DNA of 64,000 nt, taken from contig CAWDVR010000001.1 in the NCBI GenBank assembly GCA_963805975.1, forward strand, positions 864,001 to 928,000, given 5' to 3'. The stretch is from an uncultured Acidobacteriota bacterium (lineage in GTDB: Bacteria > Acidobacteriota > Thermoanaerobaculia > Multivoradales > SZUA-115). The notes beneath the pieces are model-generated. The model was not told where the DNA came from, made no database searches, and was given only the letters and a program-made list of their open reading frames with translations. The translations under genes were made by a program, and so were the position numbers. The first letter of the stretch is position 1, and each line of letters opens with the position of its first letter. Positions 52,015-61,862 of the stretch are shown here, piece after piece.

Positions 52015-54450
52015 ATGCCGACTCGTGCCTGCCGGACCACCCTGCTCGCCGTGCTCTGTCTTGCCCTCGTCTTCGCGCGCGTACCCTCGAACGCCGCCGC
52101 GCCGGAGGGGCCACGCCTCGAGCTCGCCACGGGTGAGGTGATCGCGCTCGACCGCCTGCCTTTGCCGCCGGAGGTGGAGGGCAAGGCGAACGAGATGCTG
52201 CCCTTCGTCGTCGCCCTGGCCGGCGAGCCGACCGCCCTCCTGCGACAGAACCTCGAGGCGGCCGGCGCCACGGTGGTGGGAGCCATACCGCCGTCCTCGT
52301 ACCTGGTGCGCGCCCCGGGCGCGCTCGCGGTAGGGCTGCGGGCAGAGCCCTGGGTGGCGGCCGTGGCCGCGGTCGAGCCGCGGTGGAAGCTCGCGCCGGC
52401 CCTGGGGGATGCGGTGCGGAAGGCTGGCGCGGGCGAGCGCCTGCGAGTGGAGATCGTGCTCTATCGCGATGTTCCCGGCGACCGGCTCGAGGAGCTGGTA
52501 CGCCGGCAGGGCGAGCGGCTCGCGAGCCTCGACGCCCTGGGAGGCCGGGTGGTGACGGCCGAGGTGCCGGCCACGGCCTTGGAGGAGATCGCCGCGCTGC
52601 CCGAAGTGGCCTTCGTCCAGCCGGCCTCCGAGGGCCGCCTGTTCAACGACGCGATACGCGTGGTGATGCAGACCGACCGTGCCCACCCGAACGCCAACCA
52701 GGCGTTCTACAACCCGGTGTACGGCATCGGCGTCCACGGTGCGGGCGAGCTCGTCGCGATCGCCGACACCGGCCTGCGCTCCTCCCACGAGCAGCTCGCC
52801 ACCGCCTCCGGCAAGCTCCAGGCCTACGTCAACAGCGCGCCGGGCTGCGCCACGATGGGCGACCCTCACAGCCACGGCACCGCGGTGGCGAGCACTCTCG
52901 CCGGGGATGCGCCGGGCGCAGGCGGCCTTGCCGGCACGCCCAACGGCTTCGACGGCCTGGCCTTCGGCGCCTCGCTCTTCGTCCAGGACATCTTCGACGA
53001 CAGCGGCGTGGAGCCCGTCTTGTGCGATACCTCGTTCCTCACCACCGATCTGCTGAAGGAGGCCTCCGCAGCCGGAGCGCGGGTGCACAACCACAGTTGG
53101 GGCCACATGAACCCGGCGCAGGTGCCCTACGGCGGAAGCTACGGCTGGCGCAGCCGCGACCTCGACCTCTACCTCAAGGACCCGGCGCACCGCGAGAGCG
53201 TGGTGGTCTTCGCCGTGGGCAACGAGGGTGGGCGGTGGCTCCAGAACTGCTCGACCGGCACCTGCTACTGGTACGTGGACGCCATCCCCCGCACGGTCTC
53301 CGAGGAGGCCCATGCCAAGAACGTGGTCTCGGTCGGCGGCTCGCGCAACGGCGCCAGCCGGCGGGTGATGTACCTCTTTTCGAGCCGTGGCCCGGCCAAC
53401 GACTGCATTCCGCCCGCGAGCGGAACCTGCTCGACTCTGGGGCGCATCAAGCCCGACCTGGTGGCCCCCGCCTCGACCACGATCTCCGCCGCCGAGGCGT
53501 CCGGCGACACGAGGTACTGCCCGCACCCGGCGATCTGCCCGGACGGCTACTACGGCACCAGCCACGCGGCGCCGGCCATCTCCGCCTCGGCGGCCCTGGT
53601 GCGCGATTACTTCGCGCAGGGCAAGTACCCGAACGACGCCGGCGACCCGCCGCTCGGTGGCCCGCCGAGCGCCGCGCTGGTCAAGGCGATGCTGGTCAAC
53701 GCGTCGGTCTTCCTGACCGACGCCTCGGCCTACGAGGCGACCGTCGAGGTGGGAGGCACGCTCGGCACCTATCCCAACTACGACCAGGGATTCGGCCGCC
53801 CGGCCCTCGACAACGTGCTCGAGCCCGCCGGCTTCCGCCGCCTCAAGGTGTGGGAAGACGCCACCACCACTTTGGCCACGGGCGAGCTCTGGAAGCGCCA
53901 GGTTATTTTCCCGGACGTGTGGCAGGCGGCCTGCAACGTGCTGCGGGTGACGCTCGCCTGGACCGACGAGCCGGGGACCCTGGGCGTCAGCCCGGTGCTG
54001 GTCAACGACCTCGACCTGGAGGTGACTTTCAAGGGACAGCTCTGGCGCGGCAACCACGGCCTGACCGGCGGCGCGCCGGACCGCGCCAACAACGTGGAGG
54101 ACGTCTACGTCCCGCTCGGCCAGCTCGGGGGCGGCCTGAACCAGGTGCAGGTGCGGGTGCGGGGCCACCGCGTGATGAGCGCCGGCGAGCAGCCGTTCGC
54201 CGTGGTGCTCACCCACGGGCCCTGCCTGGACAAGACCCCCTGCCAGCTACAGCTCGGCAGCGGCTGCTACAAGGGTCCTGGCGACACCGTGCCGGGTGCC
54301 AAGCCGGCCCCGACCAACGGCTGCGACAGCCAGCAGTACTCGACCGAGGAGTGCTTCGACTGCGGCGCAGGACCATGGCCCACCTGCGAGCCTCCGCCGC
54401 CCCCCGTCCCGCCGATCCGGCCGATCGGCCCGATGCCGATCGACCAGTAA
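52015..54450 (+). CDS. Secreted S8 (subtilisin-like) serine peptidase with Cys/Pro-rich C-terminus
   Basis: Signal peptide; catalytic IADTG, HSHGT, GTSHAAP; FSSRGP, RIKPD, VNDLDL, NNVE. Confidence 0.92.
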   Translation: MPTRACRTTLLAVLCLALVFARVPSNAAAPEGPRLELATGEVIALDRLPLPPEVEGKANEMLPFVVALAGEPTALLRQNLEAAGATVVGAIPPSSYLVRAPGALAVGLRAEPWVAAVAAVEPRWKLAPALGDAVRKAGAGERLRVEIVLYRDVPGDRLEELVRRQGERLASLDALGGRVVTAEVPATALEEIAALPEVAFVQPASEGRLFNDAIRVVMQTDRAHPNANQAFYNPVYGIGVHGAGELVAIADTGLRSSHEQLATASGKLQAYVNSAPGCATMGDPHSHGTAVASTLAGDAPGAGGLAGTPNGFDGLAFGASLFVQDIFDDSGVEPVLCDTSFLTTDLLKEASAAGARVHNHSWGHMNPAQVPYGGSYGWRSRDLDLYLKDPAHRESVVVFAVGNEGGRWLQNCSTGTCYWYVDAIPRTVSEEAHAKNVVSVGGSRNGASRRVMYLFSSRGPANDCIPPASGTCSTLGRIKPDLVAPASTTISAAEASGDTRYCPHPAICPDGYYGTSHAAPAISASAALVRDYFAQGKYPNDAGDPPLGGPPSAALVKAMLVNASVFLTDASAYEATVEVGGTLGTYPNYDQGFGRPALDNVLEPAGFRRLKVWEDATTTLATGELWKRQVIFPDVWQAACNVLRVTLAWTDEPGTLGVSPVLVNDLDLEVTFKGQLWRGNHGLTGGAPDRANNVEDVYVPLGQLGGGLNQVQVRVRGHRVMSAGEQPFAVVLTHGPCLDKTPCQLQLGSGCYKGPGDTVPGAKPAPTNGCDSQQYSTEECFDCGAGPWPTCEPPPPPVPPIRPIGPMPIDQ

Positions 54451-54578
54451 CGGAGGACCCTCTCTCGATGGCGCTTCCCTCCTTGCGGTAACGACGCCGC
54501 TCGCCCCCACGACCAAGAGGGCGTTGGCGTCGAGATCGGAGCGGGCTGTCGCTCGGATCGGCTCGGAAGGGGAGTGCG

Positions 54579-55403
54579 ATGGAGTACTTCAGACGACTGG
54601 GCAGATTCTGGTTCCCGAACGCGATGGCCGTCGTCTGGCTGCTGTTCGCGCTGCCCGCGCTCTACTTCTTCCAGACCACGATCCACGAGGGCTCGCACGC
54701 CTTCGCGGCCCTGGTCTCGAGCGGCAACTTCCCCAAGCTGGCGCCCTTCCCGCATCTGACCGCGGACGGGAACTTCCTCAACGGGGTCGCCATCCCCGAC
54801 CGTGGCAGCACGGAGACGGTGCTCGAACGGGCGAGCTGCGAGAGCCGGACGAAGACCCGCAACCCCCGGCTCGCCGGGTTCATCGGCCTGCCGCAGTTCA
54901 TCGCCCTGGGGCTGATCATCCTCTTCTCGGTGGTCTTCATCCTCACCACCGTCGAGGACCCTCTGGTGCGCTTCGGCCTGCGTGCCTGGTACTTCGCGGC
55001 CTGCGTCGACTTCATGTACAACACCGCGCGCGGGCTGGTCGGTGGCTGCAACGCGAGCGCGGACTGGAGCAAGTTCATGCTGCGTAGCGACATCGACGGC
55101 GGCCTGTTCGCGCTCATGACGTGGCTCTTCTGGCTGCTGATCCTCAGCCACTTCCTGTGGGTGTATTGGTCCCCCTGGAGCCGCGAGAGCACGACCCAGG
55201 CCCGCTTCTGGGACTACCGCTGGATCTCCTTCATCCTGGGCCTGCTGTCACTTCTCGCCGTGATCCTCTCGCTGGCGGTCAGCGACCCCGGTATCGACAA
55301 GAGCTCGGTCGCCTTCATCCTGCCGCTGGTGATCCAGTTCCTGTCACTCGGCTGGTACTGGACCTACTTCGGGCTGACCTTCAAGTACGGGGAGGCGCGC
55401 TAG
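54579..55403 (+). CDS. Polytopic membrane protein with HExxH (M50-like metallopeptidase?)
   Basis: TIHEGSHA beside the first TM segment; about six TM segments. Confidence 0.6.
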   Translation: MEYFRRLGRFWFPNAMAVVWLLFALPALYFFQTTIHEGSHAFAALVSSGNFPKLAPFPHLTADGNFLNGVAIPDRGSTETVLERASCESRTKTRNPRLAGFIGLPQFIALGLIILFSVVFILTTVEDPLVRFGLRAWYFAACVDFMYNTARGLVGGCNASADWSKFMLRSDIDGGLFALMTWLFWLLILSHFLWVYWSPWSRESTTQARFWDYRWISFILGLLSLLAVILSLAVSDPGIDKSSVAFILPLVIQFLSLGWYWTYFGLTFKYGEAR

Positions 55404-55415
55404 GATCCGAGGGCG

Positions 55416-57332
55416 ATGCCCAAGCACTACAGCCACGGCGGGCGGGTGAGCCCGGGCGGACCTGGCGTGGCTGGCGGGGCGCCGGTCGACGACCGGGTGC
55501 CGCGCTCGCTGCGGCAGCGGTTCTCGGCGCTCGGCAATCTTCGCCCCTTCCTGCGGCTGGTGTGGGAGATCCACCCCGGCATGACGGCCGGCACGCTGGT
55601 GCTGCGGCTGCTGCGGGCGCTGCTGCCCGTGGCCACGCTCTTCGTCGGCAAGCTGATCATCGACGAGGTGGTGCGGCTCGGGCAGATCCCGGCACCGCCG
55701 CCCGATCTCTCCGCCTGGCTGGCCAGCGGGCTGCTGCGAACGTTGCTCATGCTGCTCGGCATCGAGCTGGCGCTGGCCATCCTCTCCGATCTGCTCGGCC
55801 GGCTGGTGTCGCTGCTCGAGTCGCTCCTTGCCGAGCGGTTCGCGAACACCACCAGCGTGCGGCTCATGGAGCACGCGGCGACCCTCGACCTCGAGGACTT
55901 CGAGGACAGCGAGGTCCAGGACCAGCTCGAGCGCGCGCGCCGCCAGGCGGCCGGGCGCTCCGGCCTGCTCGGCCAGCTCTTCGGCCAGGCGCAGGACGTG
56001 GTGACGATCGCCGCCTTCGCCGCCGGGTTGGCGTTCTATGCGCCCTGGCTCATCGCGCTGCTGGTGCTGGCCGTGGTCCCCGCCTTCCTGGGCGAGACGC
56101 ACTTCAACGCCCAGGGTTACGAGCTGGCCTGGCGGCGCACCCCGGCCCGTCGCGAGCTCGACTACCTGCGCGCCACCGGCGCCAGCGTCGAGACCGCCAA
56201 GGAGGTGAAGATCTTCCGCCTCGAACCCTACCTCGTCGAGCGCTACCGGACGCTGGCCGACGATCTCTACCGCGCCAACCGGGCGCTCGTCGTGAAGCGC
56301 GCCGGGTGGGGCGGGCTGTTCACCGCGGCCGGTACGCTCGGCTACTACGGCGCCTACGCCTTCCTGGCCTGGCGCACCCTCTCGGGCGACCTCACGATCG
56401 GCGACCTGACCTTCCTCTCGGGGTCGTTCCGCCGGCTGCGCAACCTGCTCGAGGGGCTGCTGATCGGGTTCTCGCAGGTCGCCGGGCAAGCGCTCTACCT
56501 GGACGACCTGTTCTCGTTCTTCGACCTCGCGCCGGAGATCGTCTCGCGGCCGGGTGCGGCGCCCTTCCCGGCCCCGATCCGCACCGGCTTCGTCTTCGAG
56601 AACGTCGGCTTCCGCTACCCCGACGCCGAGCGCTGGGCGGTGCGCCACCTCTCGTTCACCCTCGAGGCCGGCGAGGTGCTGGCGCTGGTGGGCGAGAACG
56701 GCGCCGGCAAGACGACGCTGGTGAAGCTCCTGGCGCGCCTCTACGACCCGGACGAGGGTCGGATCCTCCTCGACGGACGGGATCTCCGCGACTACGACCT
56801 CGCCGGGCTGCGCGGCCGGGTGGGGGTCATCTTCCAGGACTTCGTGCGCTATCACCTCACCGCGGGCGAGAACATCGCCGTCGGCCGCATCGAGGCCAAG
56901 GACGACCGCGGGCGCATCGAGGCCGCGGCCGAGCGCAGCCTCGCCGCCGAGGTGATCGCCAGGCTGCCCAAGGGCTACGACCAGCCGATCGGCCGGCGAT
57001 TCAAGGGCGGCGTCGAGCTCTCCGGCGGCGAGTGGCAGAAGATCGCCATCGCCCGTGCCTACATGCGCGACGCCGACGTGCTGATCCTCGACGAACCGAC
57101 GGCGGCGCTCGACGCGCGCTCGGAGTTCGAAGTCTTCCAGCGCTTCGCGGAGCTGTCGCGGGGCAAGACCGCCGTGCTCATCTCGCACCGCTTCTCGACG
57201 GTTCGTCGCGCCGACCGCATCCTGGTGCTGGCCGACGGCGAGATCGAGGCGGCCGGCACCCACGACGAGCTCGTCGCCCAGGGCGGTCGCTACGCCGAGC
57301 TCTTCGACCTCCAGGCCGCGGGCCTACGCTAG
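55416..57332 (+). CDS. ABC exporter (fused TMD-NBD)
   Basis: GENGAGKTT, LSGGEWQK.A.AR, LDEPTAALD, SHRFSTVR. Confidence 0.93.
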   Translation: MPKHYSHGGRVSPGGPGVAGGAPVDDRVPRSLRQRFSALGNLRPFLRLVWEIHPGMTAGTLVLRLLRALLPVATLFVGKLIIDEVVRLGQIPAPPPDLSAWLASGLLRTLLMLLGIELALAILSDLLGRLVSLLESLLAERFANTTSVRLMEHAATLDLEDFEDSEVQDQLERARRQAAGRSGLLGQLFGQAQDVVTIAAFAAGLAFYAPWLIALLVLAVVPAFLGETHFNAQGYELAWRRTPARRELDYLRATGASVETAKEVKIFRLEPYLVERYRTLADDLYRANRALVVKRAGWGGLFTAAGTLGYYGAYAFLAWRTLSGDLTIGDLTFLSGSFRRLRNLLEGLLIGFSQVAGQALYLDDLFSFFDLAPEIVSRPGAAPFPAPIRTGFVFENVGFRYPDAERWAVRHLSFTLEAGEVLALVGENGAGKTTLVKLLARLYDPDEGRILLDGRDLRDYDLAGLRGRVGVIFQDFVRYHLTAGENIAVGRIEAKDDRGRIEAAAERSLAAEVIARLPKGYDQPIGRRFKGGVELSGGEWQKIAIARAYMRDADVLILDEPTAALDARSEFEVFQRFAELSRGKTAVLISHRFSTVRRADRILVLADGEIEAAGTHDELVAQGGRYAELFDLQAAGLR

Positions 57333-57361
57333 GAGTCCCTATGCCCCGAACGGGAGCTAGC

Positions 57362-58369
57362 TCAGCGCGCCGGCTCGAAGGTCGCCATTCTCGCCAGCCG
57401 TCGCAGGCCGGCGCGCATGGGTAGAGGCAGCCGCCGTAGGGGATGGCGCCGTGCGCGCTCGGCGTGGTGGGGGAGCTCTTCGTAGAGGAGCCTCGCCCAA
57501 CGCTCGGTGGTGGCGTCGAAGCTCATCTCCGGAGCGCGGCTCCGGCCGTGCTCCACCATGGCCTGGTAGAGGCCCGAGTCTCCAGCCAGCCTCAGCACCG
57601 CCTCGCGCGCCTCGGCGACGGAGGTGGCTTCGAGGTAGTCGAGCGGCGAGCGGCGGAACTCGCGGTAGGCGAACTCGGGCCCCAGGATCGCCGGCACCCC
57701 GGCCGCCCAGGCGTTGTAGAGCTTGGTGGCGGGCTTGCCGGTGTGGAGGCGACGGTCCGGTGGTCGCAACGCGACGATCAAGTCCACCTCGAGAGTAGTC
57801 GTTCCAGGCGAGGCGGTGCTCCTCGGTGGCCGAGCCGGCGTAGGCCACCATGTCCTCCTCCCAGGTGAAGCCGCGCTCGGCCACGAAGGCGCGCCACTCG
57901 GACGCGAGGAAGCCGGGGGAAGGTTGGCGGAGAAGCCCTTGAAGGCCAGGTGGCGGACGGCCGTGCCGCGCGCGGGATCGCGGGGCACGAGCCCCGCCTG
58001 CGGCCAGAAGGGGATGCAGAAGCGCCGCCGCCCGTCCGCCCAGCGCCCGTTCTGCACCACTTCGAAATCCGCGAGGTGCGGCTCGCGGTTGTCGGCTCGC
58101 ACCCCCACGAGGAGCAGATCCTTCCTGCCGCGACAGGCCACGGCGACCTGGTGCCGCTGCTTGGCGTGGAAGACCACCAAGCCCTCTTCCGGCGAACGGT
58201 CGGTCAGCGTCGCCGGGTAGCCCCGGTGGACGAGGCGCAGGTAGGTCTGCACCACCCAGGCGCGCTCACCGCGCACGTACTCCCGCCAGTCACGCTCGAG
58301 GTCCAGGCGGGCGAGAGCGGCCGGATCGCCCTCGCCGTGGACGAAGAATGTGACGGGGAGCGTGCTCAC
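57362..58369 (-). CDS. Putative glycosyltransferase (GT-B-like) with two compensating frameshifts
   Basis: W..QTYL.L, WPQ.GL.PRD, KPATKL.NAW.AGVPAILG.E; the middle segment reads plausibly (GFLASEWRAF...WNDY) only in the shifted frame. Confidence 0.7.
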   Translation of the reverse strand: MSTLPVTFFVHGEGDPAALARLDLERDWREYVRGERAWVVQTYLRLVHRGYPATLTDRSPEEGLVVFHAKQRHQVAVACRGRKDLLLVGVRADNREPHLADFEVVQNGRWADGRRRFCIPFWPQAGLVPRDPARGTAVRHLAFKGFSANLPPASSRPSGAPSWPSAASPGRRTWWPTPARPPRSTASPGTTTLEVDLIVALRPPDRRLHTGKPATKLYNAWAAGVPAILGPEFAYREFRRSPLDYLEATSVAEAREAVLRLAGDSGLYQAMVEHGRSRAPEMSFDATTERWARLLYEELPHHAERARRHPLRRLPLPMRAGLRRLARMATFEPAR

Positions 58370-58401
58370 GCGCTGCCCGCCGAGATCCTTCGCTGTGCTC
58401 C

Positions 58402-60318
58402 CTAGCTGCCGCTGGCCGTCGCCGGCGGCTGGCCCCAGCCGAGGATCGTGTCGATGGTGCCGGTCGACACCGAGTGGTAGCCCGGCCGCGCCTTCTCGTA
58501 GACCCTGGCCGCCCAGGCCTTGCCTTCCGGCGTCTTGGCGAGGGCTACGTAGAGGGGCCGCAGGTACTTGCGACGGCCCACCCGCAGCAGGAACTCCTCG
58601 AGCGCCGCGTAGGCCGGCTGGTGGTTGTTGGCGATCGCCACCTCGAACCACGCCTCCTGGATCTCGGAGTTGCCGCTCGCGGTCAGGCCCCAGGCCTGGT
58701 CGAGGTCGGCGAGGCGGGAAGCCTCGACCGGCGAGGCGAGGAGCCCGTGCAGGAAATGCAGCTTCTCGTGCGTGCTCCACTCGGCGCTCGCGAGTCTCGC
58801 GGCCGGCGTACCGGCACGGAAGCGGGCCAGCTCGGCTTCGACGCGCTCGAAGGCCGCGGACTTGGGGTTAGCCGCGCCTTCCGGCAGGCCGGGACCGTCC
58901 ACCCATGCCAGGATGTCCACCCTGGTGCCCGCCGCCGGGAGCCGCTCGGCGAGGTAGGCGAGGAAGCGATCGGTGGTCATCGACTGGAAGGCGTGGCTCT
59001 CGAAGTAGCCCTTGAGGAACTTGTCCCAGGCCTCGCGCCCCACGGCCTCTTCGAGCGTGCGCAGGAAGAAGTAGCCCTTGACGTAGGCGATGGCGCCCAC
59101 CGCGTCGTCCGGGTTGCGGCCGATGAGCGAGAGGCGAAGGTGGGTGTCCGGGCTGGCCGGCCCCAGGCGCTCGATCTCCTCCCGGAGCTCCACCATGGAG
59201 AGGCTCGACAGCATCTCGGCGTAGTCGCGGCCGTAGACCGCCTCCATGATGCGGTGCTCGAAGTAGGTGGTGAAGCCCTCGTTCAGCCAGAAGTCGTTCC
59301 AGTCGGCGTTGGTCACCAGGTTGCCGGACCAGGAGTGGGCCAGCTCGTGCGCCACCACCGACACCAGCGAGCGATCGCCGGCGATGATCGTCGGGGTGGC
59401 GAAAGTCAGCCGCGGGTTCTCCATGCCACCGAACGGGAAGCTCGGCGGCAGCACCAGCAGGTCGTAGCGCCCCCACTGGTAAGGACCGTAGAGGGCCTCG
59501 GCGGCGACGATCATCTTCTCCGTCTCGGCGAGCTCCCAGGCGGCCTTCTCGGCCACTGCCGGCTCGGCGTAGACCCCGGTCCGCGGCCCGGTGGAGCGGA
59601 GCTCGAGGTCGCCCACGGCGAGCGCCATCAGGTAGGACGGGATGGCCTGCGGCATCCTGAACCGGTAGGTCCCGTCGGCGCTCTTCGCGGTCGGGTTCTC
59701 GGCGCTCATCACCGCCATCAGCTCGGCCGGCACCTTGACCGTGGCCTCGTAGGTGAAGCGCACCGCAGGGCTGTCCTGGAGCGGGATCCAGGTGCGGGCG
59801 AGGATGGCCTGCGACTGGGTGAACAGGAACGGGTGCTTGCCGCCGGCGGTCTGCGCCGGAGAGAGCCACTGCAGGGCCGCGGCGTCCGGGCGGCTGGCGT
59901 AGTCTACGTGCACCACCGCCGTCCGCGGCTCGATGTCGACCACCAGCGCGCGGCCGAGGATCTCGTCCTCCTGGCCGAAGGCCCAGGTCGCCGGTTTGCC
60001 GTCGTCGAGGGTCACGCCCGAGATGTCGAGGCCGCGGGTGTCGAGCGTGAGCTGCCTGGCATCGCGCTTGTTGTCCAGCGAGAGCGAGGCCCGCCCCCGG
60101 ATCTGTTGGGCGGCGAAGTCGACGGTGACGTCGAGCGCCAGATGCTTCACCGCCACCTGGTCGGGCTTGGCGAAGGAGTGCGGATCGGGGCCGGGCGTCA
60201 CTGTCACGCTTTTGGGCTCGGACTTGGCCGGGGGCGGCGAGCCCGCCGGCGCGGCGCAGGCGATGGCGAGCGCGACGAAGGGAAGCATCAGGACGATATC
60301 GACGGGCATCTTCGGCAT
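58402..60318 (-). CDS. M1 family aminopeptidase (leukotriene A4 hydrolase-like), probable lipoprotein
   Basis: GGMEN, HELAH..W...W..FWLNEG, VGRRK; lipobox-like AIAC. Confidence 0.95.
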   Translation of the reverse strand: MPKMPVDIVLMLPFVALAIACAAPAGSPPPAKSEPKSVTVTPGPDPHSFAKPDQVAVKHLALDVTVDFAAQQIRGRASLSLDNKRDARQLTLDTRGLDISGVTLDDGKPATWAFGQEDEILGRALVVDIEPRTAVVHVDYASRPDAAALQWLSPAQTAGGKHPFLFTQSQAILARTWIPLQDSPAVRFTYEATVKVPAELMAVMSAENPTAKSADGTYRFRMPQAIPSYLMALAVGDLELRSTGPRTGVYAEPAVAEKAAWELAETEKMIVAAEALYGPYQWGRYDLLVLPPSFPFGGMENPRLTFATPTIIAGDRSLVSVVAHELAHSWSGNLVTNADWNDFWLNEGFTTYFEHRIMEAVYGRDYAEMLSSLSMVELREEIERLGPASPDTHLRLSLIGRNPDDAVGAIAYVKGYFFLRTLEEAVGREAWDKFLKGYFESHAFQSMTTDRFLAYLAERLPAAGTRVDILAWVDGPGLPEGAANPKSAAFERVEAELARFRAGTPAARLASAEWSTHEKLHFLHGLLASPVEASRLADLDQAWGLTASGNSEIQEAWFEVAIANNHQPAYAALEEFLLRVGRRKYLRPLYVALAKTPEGKAWAARVYEKARPGYHSVSTGTIDTILGWGQPPATASGS

Positions 60319-60413
60319 GGAGACCTCTTGGGTGGTGGGATCGAGATGGAGGAGGCCGGATTCTAGCGCGCCTCGGGCTCGCGGAGCTTGCGGTCGCGGC
60401 CTCTCGCGCAGAA

Positions 60414-60432
60414 ACCCAACGTTGGGTATTAT
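60414..60432 (+). promoter_or_regulatory. Palindromic operator abutting the hicA -10 box
   Basis: Perfect 14-bp palindrome ACCCAACGTTGGGT (60414-60427), then TATTAT-N6-GTG. Confidence 0.65.
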
Positions 60433-60438
60433 CGTGCT

Positions 60439-60627
60439 GTGACCTGGGCCGAGTTGATCCGACGCCTTCGCGCCGCGGGGTTCGTGGAGCTACGAACCGG
60501 CAAGGGCAGCCATCGGCAGCTCGTCCATCCCACCGGCGGCAAGGTCATCACCGTCTCCGTACACACCAAAAAGGAAGTCGGCACTGGGCTGGCCCGACGC
60601 ATTCTAAAGGAGGTAGGCCTCTCATGA
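60439..60627 (+). CDS. hicA: HicA family toxin
   Basis: ELIR.L...GF, GKGSH, ..H...EV..G....ILK..GL. Confidence 0.9.
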   Translation: MTWAELIRRLRAAGFVELRTGKGSHRQLVHPTGGKVITVSVHTKKEVGTGLARRILKEVGLS

Positions 60628-61016
60628 CCCCTCGCCAGCACTTCACGGCGGTCTTCGAGCAGGAATCGAACGGTACGTTGAGCGCCTGGATCGTCGAGCT
60701 GCCGGGCGTGTACGCCGCGGCTGACAGTCTCAAAGAGGCTCGCAGCGCGATCCTCGAAGCGCTGGACGCGCACCTTGCGGCTCTGCAGGCTCTGGGCAAG
60801 GCGCCCGAGTCGCGGGCCGAGATCGGGTTCGTGCGCTACGAACCCACGAGCATGCCCTCCAAGGCGCTGCGATTTGTAGGGCTCGGAGCCCTGCTCGGCA
60901 AGAAGACCAGCAAGGCCAAGGCTGCTGCCGCCCGCCGCAACGGTAGGAAGGGCGGAAGGCCAGCAGGTGCGGCGAAACCGGTACGAGCAACCACGCCGGC
61001 GCCGGTCGCGAAATAG
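60624..61016 (+). CDS. hicB: HicB family antitoxin with atypical basic C-terminus
   Basis: F.AVFE...G......ELPG.....S..EA...I.EAL; ATGA overlap with hicA. Confidence 0.85.
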   Translation: MTPRQHFTAVFEQESNGTLSAWIVELPGVYAAADSLKEARSAILEALDAHLAALQALGKAPESRAEIGFVRYEPTSMPSKALRFVGLGALLGKKTSKAKAAAARRNGRKGGRPAGAAKPVRATTPAPVAK

Positions 61017-61033
61017 ATCCGAGAGCGGCCGGA

Positions 61034-61855
61034 TCAGACCAAAACCCGCGTGCCTTCCAGCTCCTCGCCGGTGAGGGCGCGGAGGAGCGCGCCGGGTTCG
61101 CGGCCGTCGAAGAGGAACGAGGGCACGCCGAGCCGGGCCAGGGTGCGGGTGGCTTCGAGGCGGTGGCGCATGCCGCCGGTGACGTCCACGCCGGCGGCGC
61201 CGCTCACCTCGGTGATGGCCTGCGCCAGAGAGTTGGCGTCCAGCTCGGGCACGGTCCGCCCGGCGGCGTCGAGGAGGCCCGGCGTCTCGCCCAGCCAGAG
61301 GGCGCGCGAGACGGTGAAGCCGCGCGGCGCGAGCCGCCTCGCGATCGCCGTCAGCACGGTCTCGGTCGAGGCGATGGCCGCGCCCTGGCCGGTGTCCATC
61401 ACCACGTCGCCATAGGTCACCGGCAGCAGGCCGGCTTCGAGAGCGCCGAGCAGCGGATCGAGGCTCAGGTTGTTCGCCCGGCCGTGGTGGGTGACGAGGT
61501 AGCTCGAGGGCGCGAGCGAGAACGGCGCCGCACCGGCGGCGAGCAGCGCATCCAGCACCAGGCGGTGCAGGCGCGCCGCCGCCGCCTGGGTGGCGCTGAC
61601 GCCCGCGCGCTGGCTCTCGTCCCGCAAGCCGGTGGTGAGCCGGTGGTGGTGGGCAGCGGCGTGACCGAACGAGCCGCTGCCGTGGCCGAGGAGGATCCGC
61701 TCGCGGCCCTGCCGGCACGCCTGGGCCAGCTCCACGGCCAGCCGTTCGATCAGCTTGCGGCGCGCGGTCTCCGGTCGTCGCTTGTCGGTGAGCAGGCTGC
61801 CGCCGAGCTTGACCAGCACGATCGGGGGTGCAGCCGCGGCACGGAATCGGGCCAT
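61034..61855 (-). CDS. Isopentenyl phosphate kinase (amino-acid kinase family)
   Basis: VKLGGS.LTDK, HGSGSFGH with the IPK His, PV.YGDV, DVTGGM; in an operon with mevalonate genes. Confidence 0.88.
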   Translation of the reverse strand: MARFRAAAAPPIVLVKLGGSLLTDKRRPETARRKLIERLAVELAQACRQGRERILLGHGSGSFGHAAAHHHRLTTGLRDESQRAGVSATQAAAARLHRLVLDALLAAGAAPFSLAPSSYLVTHHGRANNLSLDPLLGALEAGLLPVTYGDVVMDTGQGAAIASTETVLTAIARRLAPRGFTVSRALWLGETPGLLDAAGRTVPELDANSLAQAITEVSGAAGVDVTGGMRHRLEATRTLARLGVPSFLFDGREPGALLRALTGEELEGTRVLV

Positions 61856-61862
61856 GGCGGGA

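Noticed and set aside
52015-57332. S8 + membrane protein + ABC exporter as a RiPP cluster
   Set aside because: No precursor peptide ORF or modifying enzyme found nearby
60340-61034. hicAB as part of a mobile element
   Set aside because: No transposase, integrase, terminal repeats or target duplication seen
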